Assembly (NCBI GenBank): GCA_016188075.1
Contig: JACPIO010000017.1
Location: forward strand, 23,406 to 87,405
Source of the DNA: Candidatus Wolfebacteria bacterium
GTDB taxonomy: Bacteria > Patescibacteriota > Minisyncoccia > UBA6257 > UBA9933
Length of the DNA stretch: 64,000 bases
Reading direction: 5' to 3'
In this document: piece by piece, positions 17,866 to 27,031 of the stretch
Numbering within the stretch: the first letter of the stretch is position 1
Layout: each line of letters begins with the position of its first letter
Program-made: the position numbers and the translations under genes
The notes under the pieces: generated by a model
Told to the model about the DNA's origin: nothing
What the model saw: only the letters and a program-made list of their open reading frames with translations
Database searches by the model: none

Positions 17866-17876
17866 CAGAATTATCA

Positions 17877-18161
17877 ATGTATTATGTTTACATTTTACAA
17901 AGCTTGAAAGATAATCGCACTTATGTTGGTTATACTCAAAATATCACCAACAGGTTGCATCAACACAATAATGGCGAGGTAAGGGCTACTGCAAACAGGC
18001 AACCATTCAAGTTGTTGTATCTAGAGGAGTGTCAAAACTTAATCGAAGCTAAAAGTAGGGAAAATTATTGGAAATCTGGTGGCGGCAGAAGAAAGCTTAA
18101 AAAATATTTTTTGGATGGGTTCCCGCCCCGATTATCATCGGGGCGAGGCTCGCCCAAATAG
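17877..18161 (+). CDS. GIY-YIG nuclease superfamily protein (YhbQ/UPF0213-like)
   Basis: MYYVYILQSLKDNRTYVGYTQNITNRLHQHNNG...: YVY...YVGYT...RL.QH is the GIY-YIG core. Lies immediately 3' of the tRNA-Leu gene. Confidence 0.65.
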   Translation: MYYVYILQSLKDNRTYVGYTQNITNRLHQHNNGEVRATANRQPFKLLYLEECQNLIEAKSRENYWKSGGGRRKLKKYFLDGFPPRLSSGRGSPK

Positions 18162-18165
18162 ATTT
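18128..18165. repeat. GC-rich multi-hairpin repeat (ccgccccgattatcatcggggcgaggctcgccc)
   Basis: Near-identical unit at 26919-26949, partial at 27012-27031; sits between convergent genes and probably acts as a bidirectional terminator. Confidence 0.55.
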
Positions 18166-18226
18166 GGGCGGCGAATCTCCCCCTCGGCACCTGGGTTAGA
18201 AGTTTGCGATTTAACGCGGGAAGGTT

Positions 18227-21200
18227 TTAGCGCGAGAAGAGTTTCAAAAGCTCCGCGATTTTTGTTTGAAGCAGAGAAACATTGGCTATAAGCTCCGCGG
18301 GATTGGCGTAGAGAGTGGTTGAGGTCGAAATCGGGGTTGAGGTCGCGTACGGCGGAGTCGAAGTAACGGAATAGCCTACTGCAGGAACAACCGTTATTGT
18401 ATTACCAGCTGCTGATTGAATTCCGGCCGGAATAGAGGCGTTGGAGTTTCGTCCGTAAGCCCGGATATCGGAGGCTGAACCAATGGCAAAAATGTATTGT
18501 CCGCCCGAAGAAGCTCCGCCGGAGATAAGTGGAGCGACGTCAGCTCGCAATTCCAACTCAATAGCGCTATTTTGCGGGACAATGGCCGGGATTGAAAGAT
18601 TAAAGACGTAAACCCAAGTGTCTCTATTAGTTGAACTGGCAATGATTGGTCCAGCCACCACCGTGCCGCTATTCAATAATCTGGCATTTTGGAAAGATGG
18701 CGTTGTCGCGTTGTTGGTCGAGACTGCGGTTATGGTTAAAGCGTCAACCCTAATTGGTTCGGCGGAGTTGTTGGCAAAACGAAAGGTGGCTAAACTGTTA
18801 TTGACTGATCCCATCACCACTTGCGTGGACGACGCGGTATTTGGGCTAATGGATACTCTAAGAAAGGCTGACGTATCCGGCGTGGGCGGAGGATTGCCAG
18901 TTGCTGGCGCCCCGGCAACACGGCGGCAAACATCAAATTGAAGCATTTTCTGGATTGTTAGATTCCCGACAATGCCTGTGCCATTCGGGTTAAGTCCTCT
19001 CGCGATTAGAGCATCGCGCAGGTAATCACGTTGAAATGCTTTTACGGCATCAAAGGTTGGATTAAGAATCAAGTCGAATGAGTAATGTCTATCCTCCAGA
19101 TGCCCGATAAATTGACGGATGGATGAATCCGGGTAAGCGCTTGGATTTATATATCCCAAACTCACCAAACACTCCTGGACCTGGGCTTTTTGAGTCGTGG
19201 TTAGATTTACCGCGGAAATATCCGGGTCAAGTGGGCCGCCGAATCTTCTCAATGGCAATCCAGCACCACCACTCCCTGGCCCTCCTATACCACCCATACC
19301 ACCAGCCGTACCTCCTATACCACCTGGTCCACCTCCAGATGCAGCAGCTTCTGCAGCGGCGGCCGTTGCTGCTGCCTCTGCTTGTTCCGCTAGTCCTTGC
19401 GCTCCCGCAGAAGGACCCGCGGTATCTGACGCTCCGCCGCCAGCTTGAGAAACCGTCCCTCCTGCGCCTGTCGAAGAAATAATCGGTCCTTGATTGGCGC
19501 ACAATTGATTTAATTTTCTTTTTGTATAAGTGCCGACAATGCCCGTGCCGTTTTCTCGGCCGCCAGAAGTGTAAATTTCCGAGGAAAATTGATTTTGAAT
19601 TAGTATAACCGATGACGAGGTTTGAGGCCCAAAGGTACCCAAGCCAAGAGCTTCGCTACTAGGCAAAGTAAATTGAGCAGACGGAATCGTTGCCAAACAT
19701 TGTTGTAATCGAACAACTTGGCTTCTATTGTTGTTGGGTGAATCTCGGCGCAACTCCGTTGAATCATTGTAAAGATCAAAAAGCGGTCCCCGAACTGCCG
19801 GCAAAATCTCAAAATTCAAAAGATTAGCTGTGTCAAAAACATTACTACCGGTAATCGCGGTGTGAACTCTTAAGACAAGACTGGAGAGTTCCGAAACGTC
19901 GCGGAAGGTCAAGCGAACCGAAGTACCGCGCGTCAAATCATACTGGGTTTCCGGGTTAAAACTTTCAATCCGGGCGTTTTGAGACACATAACTCCACTTA
20001 ACCCGATCACGGCAAATCTGTCCTTCTCGGCAGAAAGGGGCGGCCCAGGTAAAAGTGGCGGATTCTCCGGCGTTAAATCTGGTTTTTCCGTCCGGCAAAA
20101 GAGAGAAATTAGAGTTGCCTAAGTTGGGAACAAGGGCTTGGGCTGTGGCCGGCGAAGTTAAGGGACCAGAAGTCGGCGCGCCAGAACCAGGAGCAACTAC
20201 TCCGGGACCGCCAGTTCGCGGTCCGACTGTTACTGAAATACTTCTTCTGCCTATTTCGCCTTGGCCAAACGCGGTAGTCGAAAAAAGCGCTCTCAAAACA
20301 ATGTTGACGGTTCTCGAAGTGCTCGTGCTGTTAGTGATTAAAACTTGAGCCGGGAACAAAGTTTCGTGGAAATTATAAGGACCGTTACCTTGTCTTCCGC
20401 AGTATTCTCGGCCGGCATAACCAACGGTCACTGCGTTATCGTCATTTCCTTCACAGCCAAGAGTAATAATGGGAGAAAAACCAAGACCCGGCCGCTTGGA
20501 CGCATTCAGAGCTACCGTGGTTCCGGAATTAATTGTTATAGATGTAACTGGAGTCGGATTGCTTGCGGAGATGGCGGTAAAAGATGAAATAACCGGGCCA
20601 GAGTCAGCAACGCCCGAGTCAGGAGACGGCGCCGAAAGAGTTTGAACCACCCTAAAGATACCCGCGTTAGTGCTTGGGGCAGACCGCGCTCCGGGAATGG
20701 CAACTGGCCTCCCGCCTAACCAGTAGTAACCGTCGGGCACAATATAATACTGATCCGGCATAATCACCCCCAACGTATTTGAGCTTGCCGCTGGAGTGGG
20801 ATTAAGAGGATTACCGATAAAATACGGGTTATCGCCGTTATAATTTACAGCAATAGTGTCGCCGACTTGGGCCCCGGATCCGATATTAGCCTTGATAGTT
20901 AAAAGTCTGTAGCTGCCGCGAGGAATTCTAACCGGAGTTGTTAATTCAATAAAAGTGGCATTAAGAAATGCAGATGCTGAGAAATTTGCGCTGCCGACAT
21001 TGACTGCGCCGTTCCACAAGGTGAGTCCGTTTATAGCCCGCGGGTTGGTGCCACCGAATTTCAATCCAATCCGCCGGAGATCAATGTCATAGCTATCTGA
21101 AGCGAGACGCAAAATTGTTGTTGTAGTATTTTGGGAGTTGGCAAGAACTTCCAAGTTGCCACCGCGCGGCGAGGTATCGTCGAGAGTTATCGTAAAGGCG

Positions 21201-23047
21201 CCGGTCGTTGGAGCAGGAGTCTGGGTAGGCGAAGGAGTGGCGCCCACCGCAGAGCTTGACCCTACGGCAATGGACACGCTTTTTTGGTCGCTCAATACAT
21301 TGCTTGAGGGATTGGTATTGCTATAAACGCTGTAAGTTTTCAGAATCAGAGTAATTGTTTTTTGAGTATTGGCGCTGTTCGTTAAACGAACCAAAGCCGG
21401 AAAAGTGCTAATAATAACTCCATAAGGCCCGTTTATAACATGATTGTCCGCCGGATGATGACCGCAATAAACTTGGTTATTAGAAACCAAGACTAACGAA
21501 ACATCGCCGCTATCATTGCCCTGGCATTCAAGAGTAGCGGCGGCAACGTTTGCTTCGGAATTTAAACGGGCAGTTAAAGTATTAGATCCGCCGGAATTTA
21601 CATACGGAGAAAAGGCGCTGAAGCTTGAAAGGGCCGGCGCAGGCGTTGGAGTTGGAGTTGGTGTTGGTGTTGGTGTTGGTGTTGGTGTTGTGGCTGGCGC
21701 GCTAACCGTTATTGTGAACGGGCTAGTTTGAGCCGAACAATTGCTTTCGTCAGACGAAGCACAAGCCCAGCCGTAGAGATAATAATTGCCCGTCGCAAGG
21801 GTTGGTGAGATATTCAGGATATAAGGATTAGCTGCGCCGACGGAGGTCCGTGGAAAAGATGATACGCCATCATATCTCAAGCTAAAGTGATTGACCGTAC
21901 CACTTACGCCAAGAAAGCTAACCTGGATAGAGGTAGCGCCCTGGGTGACGGCGGAGGGGGCTGAAACCGAAGAAAGAGTTGGCGCCGGAGTCGGGGTTGA
22001 CGAGACCGGCGCGCTCACAGTCGCGGTTGTGGTTTTGTATGGAGAAGGGGTGCCGTCGTTTTTGAAAGCAGCTCCTTGGAGTTCATAAGCTCCGGCGGTA
22101 GTGGGTGTAAAAGAAATTCCGGTACAGAATCCGGTTACGGCAGTAGCAGGATTCCATACGGACGTTCCCTGAACTCTATACTGGAACCCGCAGAAATCAT
22201 TACTGGCGTACCCACTAAAGTTTACGGTCATCTGATTTCCAAGCGTCACCGAGTTCGCCGAGATACTGGTGAGGGTTGGAGTGGTTGGCGTCGGAGTGGG
22301 AGCCGGAGAAACCGTAACAGTAACCACGCTATTGCTGGATCTGCTGTTATCAGCGCCCAGGGCATAAAGAGTAAAAGTGACCAATCCGGGAGATATGCTG
22401 CTATTATTTACGGTAACGACATTACTGGAATTACTAACAACGTTGGCAGGAACATTAGGGGTAAATCCCGGAATAGAAATACTGGGGTTATCCGAAGAAA
22501 AAGAAAGCCAGCCGCTTACGGCATTTTGAGCCGAAGTGTTTAAGGTTACGTTCGATCCAGATGGAACCGTGGTTCCGTTCTGAGGCGAAGAAAGAGAGGC
22601 GGTTACCGGCGGAGCAGCGATGGTAAACGTGTCCGTGGTCGCACCAATTGGCATTGATTGGCCGTCTTTGGATCCATTCCAGTATACGTTAACGGTGTGA
22701 GTGCCGACATTATTGAAAGTGCAGGTGGCGCTATAAGATCCGCCGCAGTTATTAAGATAGGTTCCGTCGAGATTCACGGTCATTATGCCAGCAATCCCCC
22801 AATTGGAAGGCGGCTGACTCGGATAAGTTCCGGTTGAATCACTGCGATAAACCGAAGCATTGAGCGTGGCGGTACTTCCCGAGACGGTAACGGCTGTAAA
22901 GTTGCAAAAACCAAAAGTTGACAAAGTGTAGCCCGGCACCGCGGCGCATTTAGTATCGGCCTGGGCTTCTTTTGTCAAAATCCCCCCGAAAACTCCGAGG
23001 AAAACGACCGCTAATAATATAATGAAAAAATACTTAAAATTTTTCAT
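18227..23047 (-). CDS. giant secreted/cell-surface protein (1606 aa) with PG-binding-like domain
   Basis: Signal peptide MKNFKYFFIILLAVVFLGV; many Thr/Pro linkers (TPTPTPTPTPTPTPTPAP), Ser/Thr/Asn-rich beta-rich segments, a Gly-rich stretch. Near the C-terminus is a PG_binding_1-like segment (TQKAQVQECLVSLGYI...FDAVKAFQRDYL...GTGIVGNLT). Confidence 0.7.
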   Translation of the reverse strand: MKNFKYFFIILLAVVFLGVFGGILTKEAQADTKCAAVPGYTLSTFGFCNFTAVTVSGSTATLNASVYRSDSTGTYPSQPPSNWGIAGIMTVNLDGTYLNNCGGSYSATCTFNNVGTHTVNVYWNGSKDGQSMPIGATTDTFTIAAPPVTASLSSPQNGTTVPSGSNVTLNTSAQNAVSGWLSFSSDNPSISIPGFTPNVPANVVSNSSNVVTVNNSSISPGLVTFTLYALGADNSRSSNSVVTVTVSPAPTPTPTTPTLTSISANSVTLGNQMTVNFSGYASNDFCGFQYRVQGTSVWNPATAVTGFCTGISFTPTTAGAYELQGAAFKNDGTPSPYKTTTATVSAPVSSTPTPAPTLSSVSAPSAVTQGATSIQVSFLGVSGTVNHFSLRYDGVSSFPRTSVGAANPYILNISPTLATGNYYLYGWACASSDESNCSAQTSPFTITVSAPATTPTPTPTPTPTPTPTPAPALSSFSAFSPYVNSGGSNTLTARLNSEANVAAATLECQGNDSGDVSLVLVSNNQVYCGHHPADNHVINGPYGVIISTFPALVRLTNSANTQKTITLILKTYSVYSNTNPSSNVLSDQKSVSIAVGSSSAVGATPSPTQTPAPTTGAFTITLDDTSPRGGNLEVLANSQNTTTTILRLASDSYDIDLRRIGLKFGGTNPRAINGLTLWNGAVNVGSANFSASAFLNATFIELTTPVRIPRGSYRLLTIKANIGSGAQVGDTIAVNYNGDNPYFIGNPLNPTPAASSNTLGVIMPDQYYIVPDGYYWLGGRPVAIPGARSAPSTNAGIFRVVQTLSAPSPDSGVADSGPVISSFTAISASNPTPVTSITINSGTTVALNASKRPGLGFSPIITLGCEGNDDNAVTVGYAGREYCGRQGNGPYNFHETLFPAQVLITNSTSTSRTVNIVLRALFSTTAFGQGEIGRRSISVTVGPRTGGPGVVAPGSGAPTSGPLTSPATAQALVPNLGNSNFSLLPDGKTRFNAGESATFTWAAPFCREGQICRDRVKWSYVSQNARIESFNPETQYDLTRGTSVRLTFRDVSELSSLVLRVHTAITGSNVFDTANLLNFEILPAVRGPLFDLYNDSTELRRDSPNNNRSQVVRLQQCLATIPSAQFTLPSSEALGLGTFGPQTSSSVILIQNQFSSEIYTSGGRENGTGIVGTYTKRKLNQLCANQGPIISSTGAGGTVSQAGGGASDTAGPSAGAQGLAEQAEAAATAAAAEAAASGGGPGGIGGTAGGMGGIGGPGSGGAGLPLRRFGGPLDPDISAVNLTTTQKAQVQECLVSLGYINPSAYPDSSIRQFIGHLEDRHYSFDLILNPTFDAVKAFQRDYLRDALIARGLNPNGTGIVGNLTIQKMLQFDVCRRVAGAPATGNPPPTPDTSAFLRVSISPNTASSTQVVMGSVNNSLATFRFANNSAEPIRVDALTITAVSTNNATTPSFQNARLLNSGTVVAGPIIASSTNRDTWVYVFNLSIPAIVPQNSAIELELRADVAPLISGGASSGGQYIFAIGSASDIRAYGRNSNASIPAGIQSAAGNTITVVPAVGYSVTSTPPYATSTPISTSTTLYANPAELIANVSLLQTKIAELLKLFSR

Positions 23048-23090
23048 ATGTTTTTATTGTAGCAATAATAGCAAAAAATAGAAAAAATTC

Positions 23091-23378
23091 CTATCTTTTT
23101 AATTTTGCCCTAATCGCCGCTTCGATTCTATCGAGGGCATTCGGGGAGGTATTTGATGGCTTAACAGTGGTAGGTTTTGGTATTGGCGCTGGTGCTGGTT
23201 TTGGCGTTAGTATTGGGGTTGAAGTTGGAGTCGGTATAACTTGAACTAGAGGAGTCGGAGAAGCAGTTGCCGGAGCCGACCCCGGCTCTTCGGCTGAATT
23301 ATAAAAAAATCGAACAGCGAATATGCCAGCCACAATCACCGCGATCCCGATAGCAATAACAACAATTATTTTATCCAT
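23091..23378 (-). CDS. small membrane-anchored Pro/Thr-rich protein
   Basis: 95 aa, N-terminal TM helix, then a PTPT-rich linker. Confidence 0.4.
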   Translation of the reverse strand: MDKIIVVIAIGIAVIVAGIFAVRFFYNSAEEPGSAPATASPTPLVQVIPTPTSTPILTPKPAPAPIPKPTTVKPSNTSPNALDRIEAAIRAKLKR

Positions 23379-23384
23379 AAAATT

Positions 23385-23996
23385 TTATTGAGCGGCTGTT
23401 GCGGTTGGAACGCCAGACTGATTAATGGCGTTCGAATCCGCTCCATAGAGATTCTCCGTAGGCAAAGATGACCAAAATTCTGCTGCCGCCTGCTCGCCGT
23501 TACTCGAAAACGAAAGCTGAATAGAATTTATTTGCTGCGAGGCGCTGAAAGTCCGATGAAGGTTTATTGACTTAATCGGCGGAGTAAAATCTTTTACCAC
23601 GCTATTATCAACCAATTTTTTAGCAGACCAGAAAAAAGACTTAATATCTCTGTAATTGGTGGTTCCTTCGTAGTAATTATATACCGCGCTATTCAAGAGA
23701 AATCTTTCGGAGCCGCCCTGACCGCTAACTCTAATAAATTCTTCAACAAGCTGATTTTCGCCACCCCTCTTTAGATTGACAACGCCATAAAGAACCGTAA
23801 TGGGCTGGTCAACGCCACCGGCAATTTGAACTATCCAGTTCCCTGGATCAACGTTTGCTGATCTTGCGGTAAACTCGGCGGCGTATCTCACTTCAACTTC
23901 ATCAAAATCGTATCGGATGCTTTGAGCGACAGAAACGCCGCCAAAAGAAATCAGAGCAAATAAACTAAAAATAAGATATTTTGCGCTTTTGCCCAT
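23385..23996 (-). CDS. hypothetical secreted protein
   Basis: 203 aa with signal peptide (…VSVAQS). Confidence 0.45.
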   Translation of the reverse strand: MGKSAKYLIFSLFALISFGGVSVAQSIRYDFDEVEVRYAAEFTARSANVDPGNWIVQIAGGVDQPITVLYGVVNLKRGGENQLVEEFIRVSGQGGSERFLLNSAVYNYYEGTTNYRDIKSFFWSAKKLVDNSVVKDFTPPIKSINLHRTFSASQQINSIQLSFSSNGEQAAAEFWSSLPTENLYGADSNAINQSGVPTATAAQ

Positions 23997-24095
23997 AAAT
24001 TATTTAATTAAAAACCGTAGCCACTTTTCCTGACGTAATTTTAGCAGGATTCATAGCGGAAAAACAAGATGGGGCGGTTGATAACTAAGCACATG

Positions 24096-24179
24096 TGCCG
24101 GAGGAGGGAGTTGAACCCTCATGAGATTGCTCTCGCACGCTCTTGAGGCGTGTGCGTCTGCCAATTCCGCCACCCCGGC
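24096..24179 (-). tRNA. tRNA-Leu (CAA)
   Basis: Reverse complement GCCGGGGTGGCGGAATTGGCAGACGCACACGCCTCAAGAGCGTG + long variable arm + GAGGGTTCAACTCCCTCCTCCGGCA; anticodon loop CTCAAGA. Confidence 0.85.
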
Positions 24180-24256
24180 AAAATAAAAACACATATTGCT
24201 TGCGGGGTTATTTTACGCTAAAATAAAAAATTAGTAAATCGCGACTGCTTAAATTT

Positions 24257-25270
24257 ATGGAACCAGAAGAAAATTCAAACATTGCGCCTTCCTCATCCCT
24301 TATTCCCGAACCGCCGGAAAAGCCGGTATCCGCGGAAATTTCAGAGCTGGCCGCGCCAACCGAGCCGGTTTCCACTCCGGCTCCTTCTGATATTCCATTT
24401 TCTCCCCGGCCTCCGATAAATCCGCCCGCCCTAAAAAGGAAATTTCCCGAGGCGATTTTTCAGATTGAAACTGACAAAATCAAACCCAATCCGCATCAGC
24501 CGCGCCGCGACTTTGACGAAGACTCCCTAAAGGAACTGGCGGCTTCCATCCGGGAACTGGGCATTCTTCAGCCGCTCGTTGTCTCTAAAATCGAAAAAGA
24601 AACAGATCGCGGCACGGACGTGGAATACGAACTTATAGCCGGCGAACGGCGTTTGATGGCCGTGAAAATACTTGGCTGGGAAAGAGTGCCGGCAATCGTT
24701 CGAACCGTTGATTCCCAATCCGAAAAATTAGAAATGGCCGTGGTGGAAAATCTCCAGCGGTCGAATTTGAATCCGCTGGAAACCGCTCGAGCCTACGCCA
24801 AACTTCAGGACGAATTCCGGCTGACTCAAAGAGAAATCGGCGCCAAAATCGGCAAAAGCCGGGAGACGGTTTCCAACACCTTAAGACTTTTGAATCTGCC
24901 CACGGAAATCCAGGATGCCCTGGCAAAAAACCAAATAAACGAAAGCCAGGCGCGGCTCTTGCTTCAAATCGAAGACCCGAAAGAGCAGCAAATAATTTTC
25001 GAGGATTTATTAAGCCGTAATTTAAGCGTCCGAGAATTAAAATCAAGAATCCGGAAAACCAAACCCCAAAAAACTTCCGGCGAATCCGCTCCGACATTCA
25101 AAGCCACTGATCCGGAAATTCTGAATTTGGAGGAAAAATTAACGGAAATTTTAGGAGCCAAAGTGCAAATTCAAAAAACCGAAGCCGGCGGAAAAATCAT
25201 CATTGATTTTTATTCGGCGGAAGAAATCAAGGGCATTCTCCAGAAATTAAATCCTCATCCGCAAAACTAA
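24257..25270 (+). CDS. parB: chromosome partitioning protein ParB/Spo0J
   Basis: 337 aa; Pro-rich N-terminal extension, ParB box ELIAGERRLMAVKILGWERVPAIV, HTH LTQREIGAKIGKSRETVSNTLRLL. Confidence 0.85.
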   Translation: MEPEENSNIAPSSSLIPEPPEKPVSAEISELAAPTEPVSTPAPSDIPFSPRPPINPPALKRKFPEAIFQIETDKIKPNPHQPRRDFDEDSLKELAASIRELGILQPLVVSKIEKETDRGTDVEYELIAGERRLMAVKILGWERVPAIVRTVDSQSEKLEMAVVENLQRSNLNPLETARAYAKLQDEFRLTQREIGAKIGKSRETVSNTLRLLNLPTEIQDALAKNQINESQARLLLQIEDPKEQQIIFEDLLSRNLSVRELKSRIRKTKPQKTSGESAPTFKATDPEILNLEEKLTEILGAKVQIQKTEAGGKIIIDFYSAEEIKGILQKLNPHPQN

Positions 25271-25274
25271 ACCC

Positions 25275-26819
25275 CTACTTTTTTATTTTCCGCTTTTCCC
25301 GGACATTGGCCCTTATGTGCTTTTTGGCTAATTCGGTTTTGACCGACGCGAGCCACGATTCGGAGGGACGCTTGCCTTTTTGAATTAAAATCTCCACCAC
25401 GTCGCCGGACTGCAGTTTATAGTCCAAAGAAACGATTCGGCTGTTTACTCTCGCGCCGGAACATTGGTCGCCAATATCGCTATGAATATGGTAGGCGAAG
25501 TCAACGGGAGTGGCGCCGGACGGCAAGTCGATCACCGCGCCTTTGGGCGTAATCACAAAAATCCGATCGCGGAAAAAATCAATTTTTAGGGAATCCAAAA
25601 AATTTTCGGAATCCGAAAATTCTTTCTGCCATTCCCGAAGCTGTTCCACCCACGCCAATTCTTTTTTATCGGCGAACATCGGTTGGCGCGAACGATAATC
25701 GCCCGTTTCTTTTTCTTCTTCGTAAAGCCAGTGGGCGGCAATGCCGTTTTCCGCCTGTTCGTGCATTTTTTGCGTCCGAATCTGAAATTCGGTCGGGTGA
25801 TTGTCAACGCAAAAAACCGTCGTGTGAAGACTCTTGTAACCGTTGGGTTTGGGCAGGGCGATGTAGTCTTTGATGCGGCCCGGCAGAGGCGGCCAGAGTT
25901 GATGAATCACTCCCAGGGCGGCATAGCAATCCTCGACGGTCGGGACGATAATCCGCATCGCCACCAAATCGTAAATCTGATCCAAATTCATATCATAACG
26001 TTGAAGTTTTTTATAGAGACTGGCGTAGCGCTTAGCCCGAAAATCGATTTCCAAAACTTTTATTTTATTGTCAGCCAGCGTTTTTTCTATGACGGGCAAA
26101 ACCTTCTCGCGCAAGTATTTCTCCCGCTCTTCGTATTTTTCTTTAACATTTTGAATCAGCCAATCGTAATCTTCCGGATATAAAAACGGGAAGGCCAATT
26201 CTTCGAGTTCGCCGGCCAAGCTCTGCATTCCCAGACGATACGCCAAGGGCGCGTAAATTTCATAGGTTTCCAAAGCAATTCTTTTTTGTTTGGGCGGTGG
26301 GAGCGCGGCCAAAGTTTGCATGTTATGAAGTCGATCAGCCAGTTTGACTAAAACCACCCTTAAATCCCGACTCAAGGCCAAAACCATTTTTCGCAAATTC
26401 TCCGCCTGCGTTTTCGCTCCGCGATATTTGACATGGCCGATTTTCGTCACCCCTTCCACCAAAAAAGCGATTTCTTCGCCGAATTCTTTTTTTATCTCGC
26501 CCAGTCCATGGGGCGTATCTTCTATTACGTCGTGGAGCAGTCCGGCGGCGATGGTCGGCGGATCCAGCCGCCACTGAATCAACTTCATTGCGGTTTTTAC
26601 GACGTGCTTAAAATACGGTTCGCCGGTTTTTCTTTTTTGTCCCTCGTGCGCCTTCTCGGCAAAAAGAAAAGCGCGCCGCAGAAGGTCAGTAATTTGAGGA
26701 TCAATCTCTCCTCCTCTTCGCAGCGCTCTTCTTATAAAGCCGAACCCGCGAAAACCTTTTTCGCCATTGGGTTTTATCGCCGACTTTTTAAATTCTCCGA
26801 GAAAAACTTCGAGTTTCAT
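25275..26819 (-). CDS. RelA/SpoT-family (p)ppGpp synthetase/hydrolase
   Basis: 514 aa; HD domain (AAGLLHDVIEDT), synthetase domain, TGS domain. Confidence 0.85.
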   Translation of the reverse strand: MKLEVFLGEFKKSAIKPNGEKGFRGFGFIRRALRRGGEIDPQITDLLRRAFLFAEKAHEGQKRKTGEPYFKHVVKTAMKLIQWRLDPPTIAAGLLHDVIEDTPHGLGEIKKEFGEEIAFLVEGVTKIGHVKYRGAKTQAENLRKMVLALSRDLRVVLVKLADRLHNMQTLAALPPPKQKRIALETYEIYAPLAYRLGMQSLAGELEELAFPFLYPEDYDWLIQNVKEKYEEREKYLREKVLPVIEKTLADNKIKVLEIDFRAKRYASLYKKLQRYDMNLDQIYDLVAMRIIVPTVEDCYAALGVIHQLWPPLPGRIKDYIALPKPNGYKSLHTTVFCVDNHPTEFQIRTQKMHEQAENGIAAHWLYEEEKETGDYRSRQPMFADKKELAWVEQLREWQKEFSDSENFLDSLKIDFFRDRIFVITPKGAVIDLPSGATPVDFAYHIHSDIGDQCSGARVNSRIVSLDYKLQSGDVVEILIQKGKRPSESWLASVKTELAKKHIRANVREKRKIKK

Positions 26820-26892
26820 AAGGATTGTTTCTTCAATTTTTTATCCTTCTTTTTCTTTATCTTCCTTGTTTTCTCCGGCAGGGGGCGCGGAC

Positions 26893-27031
26893 GGATTTTG
26901 CCACGAGGCAAAATCGCAGCTTGGCCGCCCCGATTTTAATCGGGGCGAGCCTCGCCTGCGACTGGATTTATCCATGAAGCATAGTCGCAGGCGGGCCGCC
27001 CACTATAACGGGCGAGCCTCGCCTGCGGGCT
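26893..27031. repeat. GC-rich palindromic repeat units (…ccgccccgattttaatcggggcgagcctcgcc…)
   Basis: Units at 26893-26950 and 26975-27031 in the rel-topA intergenic region/topA tail; related to 18128-18165; a further partial unit at 27084-27110. Confidence 0.55.

Noticed and set aside
19123-19502. Pro/Arg-rich ORFs on the + strand and antisense ORFs inside the giant gene (e.g. 19197..19448, 19227..19502, 22076..22543)
   Set aside because: They are shadow ORFs of the 1606-aa minus-strand gene, which has a signal peptide and coherent domain structure; composition reflects the antisense of its Gly/Thr-rich repeats.
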